A stretch of 26,668 nt of DNA from Planctomycetota bacterium (lineage in GTDB: Bacteria; Planctomycetota; UBA11346), in NCBI GenBank assembly GCA_013816415.1, contig JACDEN010000001.1, positions 1 through 26,668 on the forward strand, read 5' to 3'. A program made the translations under genes and the position numbers. The notes under the pieces are model-generated. The model saw nothing but the letters and a program-made list of their open reading frames with translations, was not told where the DNA came from and did not search any database. Below, piece by piece: positions 1-8,294 of the stretch (position 1 is its first letter; each line of letters starts with the position of its first letter).

Positions 1-926
1 GGATCGCCTTCGTAGGCGCGCAGGAAGGCGTCCTTGAGCGTGTCGCCGCTGGCGCAGCCGCAGGGATTGGTGTGCTTGATGATCGCGCACGCGGGATCGG
101 TGAACTCCTTCACCAGCTCCCACGCGGCGTCGGCATCCATCAGGTTGTTGAAGCTCAGCTCCTTGCCGTGGAGCTGCTTCGCGCGCACCACGCTCGATGC
201 GCCCGGCAGGCGCAGATCGTAGAGCGCCGCGCGCTGGTGCGGATTCTCTCCGTAGCGCAGGTCCTGCACCTTCTTCAGCGGGATGGCCAGCTCGCTCGGG
301 AAGCGCTCGGCGTCCCAGGCTCCGGGCTTCGCCACTTCGGCGATGCGCGTCAGCTCGTCGGCGATCAGCGCGTCGTAGCGGCTGGTGGTGCGGAAGACCT
401 TGCGCGCGCATTGCGCGCGGAAGGCGGGCGTGGTGTCCCCCGCGTTGGCCTCGAGCTCGAAGAGGAAGCGCGAATAGTCCGCGGGATCGACCAGCACCGT
501 GACCGAGCCGTGGTTCTTCGCGGCGGAGCGCAGCATGCTCGGTCCGCCGATGTCGATCTTCTCGATCTTGTCCGCGACAGTGGCGTCGGCGCGGTCGCAG
601 GTCGCCTCGAAGGGATAGAGGTTGACCACCACCAGGTCGATCAGGCCGATGCCGTGCTTGTGCGCGGCGTCGAGGTGCGCGGGGTCGTCGCGGCGCGCCA
701 GCAGCCCGCCGTGGATCTTGGGGTGCAGCGTCTTCACGCGGCCGTCCATCATCTCGGGAAAGCCGGTGTAGTCGGCGACCTCGATCACCGGGATCCCGGC
801 TTCGCGCAGCGCCTTGTAGGTGCCGCCGGTCGACAGCAGTTCGACCGAGAGGTCGTGCAGCGCCTTGGCGAGTTCGACCACTCCGGTCTTGTCGTAGACG
901 GACAACAAGGCACGGCAGATCGGCAT
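1..926 (-). CDS. purH: Bifunctional AICAR transformylase/IMP cyclohydrolase PurH (3' end lies beyond the window edge)
   Basis: Not in the ORF track; translated by hand on the minus strand from ATG at 926 (GGAG SD upstream): MPICRALLSVYDKTGVVELAKAL..LSTGGT..YTGFPEMMDGRVKTLHPKIHGGLLA..IDIGGPSM..LRYGENPH..LSFNNL..IIKHTNPCG. These are diagnostic PurH motifs. Confidence 0.97.
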   Translation of the reverse strand, partial: MPICRALLSVYDKTGVVELAKALHDLSVELLSTGGTYKALREAGIPVIEVADYTGFPEMMDGRVKTLHPKIHGGLLARRDDPAHLDAAHKHGIGLIDLVVVNLYPFEATCDRADATVADKIEKIDIGGPSMLRSAAKNHGSVTVLVDPADYSRFLFELEANAGDTTPAFRAQCARKVFRTTSRYDALIADELTRIAEVAKPGAWDAERFPSELAIPLKKVQDLRYGENPHQRAALYDLRLPGASSVVRAKQLHGKELSFNNLMDADAAWELVKEFTDPACAIIKHTNPCGCASGDTLKDAFLRAYEGD

Positions 927-983
927 ATGCTCCCCAGGTCCGCACGTTCCCCCGCCGTGCCAGAGCGGTCAAGGAGCAGTGGA

Positions 984-1011
984 CTGTAAGGTAACAGACG
1001 TTACCTTACAG
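984..1011. promoter_or_regulatory. Perfect 12-bp inverted repeat (operator-like or RNA hairpin) in the divergent purH/hydrolase intergenic region
   Basis: CTGTAAGGTAAC-agac-GTTACCTTACAG, ending 2 nt before the ATG at 1014. Its function is inferred. Confidence 0.6.
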
Positions 1012-1013
1012 GT

Positions 1014-1877
1014 ATGAATGCCTCGCCGTCGACACCCCGGAGTTTGAGGAGGCGCGTGCTGGTTTCGTGGGTCCTGGTCCTGTCCACCGTCCTGGTGATC
1101 GTCGTCGCGGCGTTGTTGGTGTTCCAATCTCGGCTGATCTATTTCCCGGTCCGCTACGACGCCGACTTCGCGTCGCACGTGCCCGAGGGCGCGACCGTGT
1201 TGCGGTTCCACTGCGCCTTCGGCGATCAGGTCGCGTTCTATATCCATCCCCGACGAGGCGGTCCTCCGTCCCGCGTGTGGCTGGTGTGGGGTGGCAACGG
1301 CATGGTCGCGTCGCGCTGGATCCACCACTTCGTGCGGCCGGACGTCGATGCGCGCGACGGCTTCCTGCTCATCGATTATCCCGGATACGGAGCCTGCGCG
1401 GGATCGCCGTCGCCGGCGACCATCCTCGCGGCGAGCGAGGCCGCGGCGGAGGCGATCGCCGCGAAGCTCGGCTGGAACGACGCCGAGCGCGCGACCCGCT
1501 TCGCAGCCTTCGGCCATTCACTGGGCGCCGGTTCCGCTTTGCAGTTCGTCGCCCGCCATCCGGTGAGCCGGGTGGTGCTGGTCTCGCCGTTCACCGATCT
1601 CACCGCGATGGCGCGGCGGATGGTCGGTTCTCCCTTGTGCTACCTGCTGCACCACCGCTTCGACAACCGCGCGCGTCTGCGCGAGGTCCTCGCGCGCGAC
1701 GGCGCGCCGCCGATCACCATCATCCATGGCGGGAACGACGAGACCATTCCGGTGGAGATGGGCCGCGCATTGGCGCGCGAGTTCCCGTCCATCCGCTACG
1801 ACGAGGTCGCCGGCGCGGATCACAACGGCATCATCGACTCCGCGCGCGATCGCATCCTCGCGGCGATGGCGCCCTGA
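1014..1877 (+). CDS. Alpha/beta hydrolase (Bem46/ABHD13-like) with N-terminal membrane anchor
   Basis: TM segment followed by FQSRLIYFP; GGNG oxyanion region, DYPGYG, nucleophile GHSLG, HGGNDETIP (Asp) and ADHN (His). Confidence 0.88.
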   Translation: MNASPSTPRSLRRRVLVSWVLVLSTVLVIVVAALLVFQSRLIYFPVRYDADFASHVPEGATVLRFHCAFGDQVAFYIHPRRGGPPSRVWLVWGGNGMVASRWIHHFVRPDVDARDGFLLIDYPGYGACAGSPSPATILAASEAAAEAIAAKLGWNDAERATRFAAFGHSLGAGSALQFVARHPVSRVVLVSPFTDLTAMARRMVGSPLCYLLHHRFDNRARLREVLARDGAPPITIIHGGNDETIPVEMGRALAREFPSIRYDEVAGADHNGIIDSARDRILAAMAP

Positions 1878-1948
1878 CCGCCGCCGAAGTTTCACTTTTC
1901 CGCATGGTGTCTCGGCCATAGTGCCGCTCCCCCCGGGAGGAAACCGCC

Positions 1949-3250
<1,302 letters not shown>

Positions 3251-3294
3251 GCTCGCGCGTACCCGGCCGCAGCCGGACCGGGTCCTTCGCCAGG

Positions 3295-4152
3295 TCAGGT
3301 ACTGACCGCCACCGCTTTCAGGAACGGGATGGACTGCTTCAGGTCGAGCAGATCCGCGAGTCCGGGAACATCCTGGGCGCCGAGCGTCGATAGCCGTCCA
3401 ACCTGTCTCGAGCCCATCGCCTCGCCGATATCGCCGTCGGAAACCGTCACGTATGGTCCAGTCGGCTCGCTGTGCTCGAGCCATGGGCGCGCCGGGGTGC
3501 CGCGATAGCAGGAGATCAGCGCGGTCAGGGCGGCGAGCGCATGGTCGCCTTGCCGAGCCGGAGCCACGAGGAGCGCCTGGTCCGGCGTCTTCAGCATGCG
3601 CAGCAGTTGGATGCAGCGGTCTTTGACCATGGTCATGACGTCCGCCTCCTCTGCGAAGCGACGCTCGCATCGGCGCAGCTCCGAGATCGCGACCAGGCAG
3701 GGGACCAGGGCGGTCTTCGGCTCGTCGGTCGGGCGCACCGTCCAGAAGATCCGCTGCAGCAGCTCCTTCACCGCCGATCCACGGCGGGTCTCCAGGGCTT
3801 CGAGCAGATCGCGATGCAGGGTGGCTTCGGCGGCATCGTCAGGCGTGGGCAGTGAGCGCGTCGTGCTCAGGACCCGTGCGACGGGCGCGTGGGATTGGTC
3901 GGTGGGCCAGCGGGGGAGGCCGTCGACGATGAGGTTGCTGATCGGCGTACCGGCCTTCACCAGTGCGGCGACGCGGGAGAGCTCCTGGACCTGGTGCTGA
4001 TTGTAGGCCCGGTAGCCGTTCGGCTTGCGCTTGGGGTTGGGCCAGCCGTAGCGCAGTTCCCAGATGCGCAGCACGCTGGGGCTCAGACCGCAGCATTTGC
4101 TCGCTTCGTTGATGTTGAGGGATTGGTTCGGAGTGGCGTTGGTGGTGATCAT
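3295..4152 (-). CDS. MerR-family transcriptional regulator (CarH/LitR/MlrA-like HTH with degenerate C-terminal effector domain)
   Basis: N-terminal NINEASKCCGLSPSVLRIWELRYGWPNPKRKPNGYRAY matches the CarH/MlrA-type MerR HTH. Start moved to ATG 4152 (GAGGA SD upstream) from the ORF-track start at 4221. Confidence 0.85.
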   Translation of the reverse strand: MITTNATPNQSLNINEASKCCGLSPSVLRIWELRYGWPNPKRKPNGYRAYNQHQVQELSRVAALVKAGTPISNLIVDGLPRWPTDQSHAPVARVLSTTRSLPTPDDAAEATLHRDLLEALETRRGSAVKELLQRIFWTVRPTDEPKTALVPCLVAISELRRCERRFAEEADVMTMVKDRCIQLLRMLKTPDQALLVAPARQGDHALAALTALISCYRGTPARPWLEHSEPTGPYVTVSDGDIGEAMGSRQVGRLSTLGAQDVPGLADLLDLKQSIPFLKAVAVST

Positions 4153-4252
4153 GACGTCCTCTTCGGCAGCGGCTTGGGCGGTGGGGATGCCAGATAAAGC
4201 TGAACGCATGCCAACGACCACCCACTGATAAGATTCGTGTCATAAGTACGCT

Positions 4253-4281
4253 ATTATAAAAAAAACGGCCATTTTTGACCA
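4253..4281 (-). promoter_or_regulatory. Putative sigma70 promoter of the MerR gene with a dyad in the spacer
   Basis: Minus strand reads TGGTCA-N17-TATAAT (perfect -10). The spacer carries the near-palindrome AAAAACGGCCATTTTT (4261-4276). Confidence 0.6.
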
Positions 4282-4529
4282 GCTAGCAGGTAGGTGGACG
4301 CCAGGCTGGGCCACCAAAAATAACCGCAAATTGCAGTAAAACCTTCTACAGAGCCTGCAAGCCGCACGGTGGATGGTGCCACCCGCACGCTCCATCGTAT
4401 CCGCCGCTGTCTTCTACACCCAGATCGACCTCGCTTAGCTTTTACGGATCGTTCATCGTGGTGGCGGGGCGTCGGAGCGACATTGAGGCGCTGATCGCCC
4501 CGCTAGGCTCCCGTCCCCGGAGATCAGAC

Positions 4530-5135
4530 GTGTCGGACCCAGACATCCTCGCCGAACTCGCGTCAGAGGCGAAGCGCCTGGTCGCACTCGGTTTCCTGGC
4601 CTGCACCGCGGGCAACCTCAGCGCGCGCCGGCCGGATGGCCTGGTGGCGATGAGCCCGTCCGGCATCGACAAGGGCAGCTTGCGGCCGCAGGACTTCATC
4701 CTGCTCGGAGCGGACGGTCAGCCGATTCCTCCCGACGCGCGCAAGCCGTCGGACGAGACCCGGCTCCACCTGGCGCTCTACGCGGCCGGCGTCGGAGCAG
4801 CCGTCTGCCACGGGCATCCCCCGTACGCCGTGGCCCTGAGCATGGGCGAAAGCTCCGTCGTGCGTTTCCATGGGATCGAGATGCAGAAGGCCTTCGCCGG
4901 CGTCAGCAGCCATGAGCAGGAATGCCTGCTGCCGGTGATCGACAACAGCCAGGACATGGGCGACCTGTCGCGCCGCGCGCGCGCCGCGCTGCGACCCGAG
5001 ATGCCCGCGATCCTGGTGCGCGGCCACGGCGTCTACGCGTGGGGACGCAGCGTCTCCGAAGCCGGGCGACACCTCGAGGCGGTGGAATGGCTGTGCCGCA
5101 TCGTGCACCTGTGCCGGTCGATGCCGCCCGCCTGA
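4530..5135 (+). CDS. mtnB: Methylthioribulose-1-phosphate dehydratase (class II aldolase family)
   Basis: AGNLS, SPSGIDKG, KPSDETRLH, HGH and RGHG metal-ligand motifs, plus the MtnB-type EMQKAFAGVSSHE..LPVIDNSQDM. GTG 4530 has GGAGA upstream; the ORF track extends to 4458. Confidence 0.82.
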   Translation: MSDPDILAELASEAKRLVALGFLACTAGNLSARRPDGLVAMSPSGIDKGSLRPQDFILLGADGQPIPPDARKPSDETRLHLALYAAGVGAAVCHGHPPYAVALSMGESSVVRFHGIEMQKAFAGVSSHEQECLLPVIDNSQDMGDLSRRARAALRPEMPAILVRGHGVYAWGRSVSEAGRHLEAVEWLCRIVHLCRSMPPA

Positions 5136-5343
5136 AGCAAGCGAGCCAGTCGAGGCTCCGTGAGCGCTTGCGGAGGGCTTGATCCCGCTTCGACCGACCT
5201 ACCGTTGCGCGACCCGGCATCACGGGAATCGGAGGGGCACTCCGCCTGCTTCGCACATCAGCCAGTCGGGCTCGCGGTTCTACATGGCGGCGGCAGGCTC
5301 GCCTCCAGCGAGCACTGCGACACCGTCCTAACGAGGTCAGACC

Positions 5344-6492
5344 ATGGATCATACCGCACTCTGTCGCGCGGCTGCCGCGTCGCTGCAGGCGGTGCCTCCG
5401 ACCGTCCGCCCCGATGTGATGATCGGATTCGACGGCTTCATCGACTACATCATGGATGTGGTCGCTAAGCGCGACGATGCGACCTCCTACCGGTCCATCC
5501 CGACCATCGCTGATCTCGGCAAACGCATCAGCGACGCCGCGGGGAAGAGCGCCAACCTCGAGCTGGTGATCAAGAAGAGCAAGATCGGCGGCAACGGACC
5601 GATCATGGCCAACGCCATGTGCAGCCTCGACTGCCAGGTGACCTCGGTCGGACTGCTGGGTGGGGAAGTCGTCGATCCGGTGTTCGCTCCGCTCGCCGCG
5701 CGCGCGCGCAAGGTGGTCAGCCTCGGCCCGCCGGCATCGACCGATGCGCTCGAATTCACCGACGGGAAGATCATGCTCAACCGTCTGCTGCCGATGGACG
5801 CGATCACCTATGAGCGGTTCCTCGCCAAGACCGGGGGCGTGGCCGGCGCGAAGGATCTGTTCCGCACCGCCCAGGGCATCGCCACGGTCAATTGGACGAT
5901 GACCATGGGCATGACCGACATCTGGCGCGGCATCGCCAAGGACATCCTGGCCGGCCTGCGCTCCGATCGTCCGCTCTGGTTCATCGATCTCGCCGATCCC
6001 GCCAAGCGCACGGTCTCCGACATCGAGGCCGCCATCGAAGCGATGCGTGCGCTTCAGCGCCATGCCGACGTCGTGCTGGGCCTCAACGAAGCCGAGTGCC
6101 GGCAGATGCTGACGGTGATCGGCGAGAAGTGGCCTGAAAAGACCCCGGAGTGGGAAGCCGCCCGGCACGCGTGCGAGATCATCCGCGCGCGGCTCGGCAT
6201 CAGCTGGACGATGTGCCACCTGGTGCGGTCCGCCGCCGCGGCCTGGGGTGCGGGCAGCGCCGGGAGCGCCGGGAGCGTCGGCAGTAATGGCTTCTTCGAA
6301 CCCAGGCCGGTGATCACCACCGGCGCGGGCGACCACTTCAACGCCGGCTTCTTCGCGTCGCTGCTCGCCGGGATCGATCCGGCGCAGGGCCTGCTCATCG
6401 GCGGCGCGACCAGTGGTTTCTACGTGCGCACGGCGGTATCCCCATCGCGCGCGCAGGTGATCGAATTCCTCCGCTCGTACACCGCGGGATGA
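5344..6492 (+). CDS. PfkB/ribokinase-family carbohydrate kinase, substrate unknown
   Basis: GGNGPIMANA and C-terminal TTGAGDHFNAGF PfkB signature; GAGG SD. Confidence 0.88.
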   Translation: MDHTALCRAAAASLQAVPPTVRPDVMIGFDGFIDYIMDVVAKRDDATSYRSIPTIADLGKRISDAAGKSANLELVIKKSKIGGNGPIMANAMCSLDCQVTSVGLLGGEVVDPVFAPLAARARKVVSLGPPASTDALEFTDGKIMLNRLLPMDAITYERFLAKTGGVAGAKDLFRTAQGIATVNWTMTMGMTDIWRGIAKDILAGLRSDRPLWFIDLADPAKRTVSDIEAAIEAMRALQRHADVVLGLNEAECRQMLTVIGEKWPEKTPEWEAARHACEIIRARLGISWTMCHLVRSAAAAWGAGSAGSAGSVGSNGFFEPRPVITTGAGDHFNAGFFASLLAGIDPAQGLLIGGATSGFYVRTAVSPSRAQVIEFLRSYTAG

Positions 6493-6624
6493 CGTCGTCG
6501 CGCTGGTCGGGTCCTGCCGATCAGCGGTGAAGTCAAGGAGCGTTATCATGAGCGCATCCCGCCCTTGAGCCCTTCCCGACTCGCTATAGATACTCGGTCC
6601 CACAGCGAGTAACGGCAGGTGCCC

Positions 6625-6732
6625 ATGCGATTCGACCGACCCGACCAGCCTTCGAAACCGGTGATGCGTGCGCCGATCCTGATCGATCGGACGCCGTCGG
6701 CACGGGGGCTTGGCCAGGGCGTTCGGTCGTGA
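6625..6732 (+). CDS. Possible 35-aa leader peptide overlapping the dnaA start (GTGA)
   Basis: ATG 6625 is preceded by GGCAGGTG and reads MRFDRPDQPSKPVMRAPILIDRTPSARGLGQGVRS*. Its TGA (6730-6732) overlaps the dnaA GTG (6729-6731). Confidence 0.35.
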   Translation: MRFDRPDQPSKPVMRAPILIDRTPSARGLGQGVRS

Positions 6733-8108
6733 CTCCGCAGGCCATCGACGTGGTGGCGGCGTGGCCGGCGATCCTCGATCGCGTGCGCTCGCCCGAGAAC
6801 GAAGCGGCGGTGCGCCTGTGGCTGGCCTCGCACAAGGTGCGGCCGTTGGCGATCGACGCCGGCGTGCTCGTCCTCGAATGCCCGACGGCGCTGTTCCAGG
6901 ACACCATCCGCAAGCGGTTCGGGCGGCAGCTCGTCGATGCGGCCTCCGAAGTGATGGCCGCGAATATCACCGAGGTGCGCTGCCTGGTCCCGGGCAAGGC
7001 GCTGCGCGAACACGAGGAGCGCAAGCTGACCGAGAACGCCCTCGCCGCGAGCGAACGGCACGGATCCCCGCGTCCGACCCGCGGCTGGGGCCACGGCTTC
7101 AAGCTGCTCGAGAGCTTCGTGGTCGGCAGCTGCAACCGCCTGGCCTACGACGCGGTGATGAGGATCCTGGAAAATCCGCACAATCCGGTGAACCCGCTGT
7201 TCATCCACGGCGCTTCCGGACTGGGCAAGACCCACCTCGAGCAGGGCCTGGCGCTGTCCTTCAAGGAGCGCTACCCGAAGAGCAAGGTCGAGTACATCCG
7301 CTGCGAGCAGTTCACCAACGACTACATCAAGGCGTGCAAGGACGGGACCCTCGACGCATTCCGGGTCAAGATGCGCCACCCGGACCTCCTCCTGATCGAC
7401 GACATCCACTTCCTCAGCCAGGGGCAGATGATGCGGACGAAGGACGAGCTCTTCGCGACCTTCAATGAACTGTCCGAAAGCGGCAAGAAGGTCGTCATCA
7501 CGTCCGACGCCGGGCCGCGCGACATCCAATACCTTGAGGAGCGCTTCATCCAGCGTTTCAGCGGAGGTTTGGTGATCGAGATGCAGAAGCCCGACGAGGA
7601 CGTGCGCCGCGAGGTCGTCCATGCCAAGGCGAAATCGCAGGACGTCGCGCTCAGCGACGAGGTCGTCGAATACGTCGTCGACCACATCACCGACAACATC
7701 CGCGAATTGGAAGGTGCGGTGAACAAGCTGGTGCAGTTCGCGAAGAGCTTCCAGCGCCGCATCGATCTCGCCGCCGCTCGCCAGGCCCTGGCTGACATGC
7801 TCGACCGCGGCGCCAACGAAACCCAGACCGGCATGATCCTGCGCGAGGTCGCGGCGCGCTTCGCGATCACCGTCGAGGACCTGGTGGGCAGGAACCGCTC
7901 CGGACCGCGGGCGACCGCGCGCCACGTGGCGATGTACATCCTCAAGAACGCGAGCGCCGACACCTATTCGACCATCGGTCAGGTGTTCGGGGTGAAGAGC
8001 CACAGCAGCGTCGCCTATGCGTGCGAACAGGTGGCCCAATACCGAACGAACGAAGCCGCCCTCGACAAATTCATCGCCGACCTGCAGGTCAGGGCCCGAC
8101 GCACCTGA
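6729..8108 (+). CDS. dnaA: Chromosomal replication initiator DnaA (divergent, possibly the second paralog)
   Basis: FVVGSCNRLA, NPLFIHGASGLGKTHL (Walker A), LLIDDIHFL (Walker B), ERFIQRF (Arg finger), NIRELEGA (sensor II), and domain IV ARHVAMYI..IGQVFG.KSHSSV. Confidence 0.93.
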   Translation: MTPQAIDVVAAWPAILDRVRSPENEAAVRLWLASHKVRPLAIDAGVLVLECPTALFQDTIRKRFGRQLVDAASEVMAANITEVRCLVPGKALREHEERKLTENALAASERHGSPRPTRGWGHGFKLLESFVVGSCNRLAYDAVMRILENPHNPVNPLFIHGASGLGKTHLEQGLALSFKERYPKSKVEYIRCEQFTNDYIKACKDGTLDAFRVKMRHPDLLLIDDIHFLSQGQMMRTKDELFATFNELSESGKKVVITSDAGPRDIQYLEERFIQRFSGGLVIEMQKPDEDVRREVVHAKAKSQDVALSDEVVEYVVDHITDNIRELEGAVNKLVQFAKSFQRRIDLAAARQALADMLDRGANETQTGMILREVAARFAITVEDLVGRNRSGPRATARHVAMYILKNASADTYSTIGQVFGVKSHSSVAYACEQVAQYRTNEAALDKFIADLQVRARRT

Positions 8109-8204
8109 AACAATTTATGGGCGGATGCCAGCCGGTTCGCGCATCACCGCCGGCGATTTTCCCCGCGTGTGTGGCTCCTTCCAGCGGAGCCCCACAGCAG
8201 GCCC

Positions 8205-8233
8205 TTGTGGCCCGCGCGCTTGCGGGCTATAGT
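8205..8233 (+). promoter_or_regulatory. Putative sigma70 promoter for the TPR-protein gene
   Basis: TTGTGG-N17-TATAGT, with a strong SD AAGGAG at 8284-8289 before GTG 8295. Confidence 0.4.
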
Positions 8234-8294
8234 TTGATACCGTCAGGTCCATCGTAAGTCTGGTAACACCAAAGCTCAGTCTCAAGGAGTCCTC

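Noticed and set aside
72..989. 305-aa plus-strand ORF
   Set aside because: Antisense shadow of purH, which is clearly encoded on the minus strand.
927..1013. Possible ZTP (pfl) riboswitch upstream of purH
   Set aside because: Only scattered CTGGC/GGGGAAC/CCTGGG fragments in a short gap; the conserved stems and pseudoknot cannot be built.
5136..5343. Possible riboswitch or ncRNA between mtnB and pfkB
   Set aside because: GC-rich stems can be drawn, but no SAM, cobalamin or other known aptamer consensus is recognisable by eye. An Infernal/Rfam search would be needed.
6253..6285. 9-bp tandem repeat encoding GSAGSAGSVGS in pfkB
   Set aside because: A short in-frame loop expansion with no evidence of wider significance.
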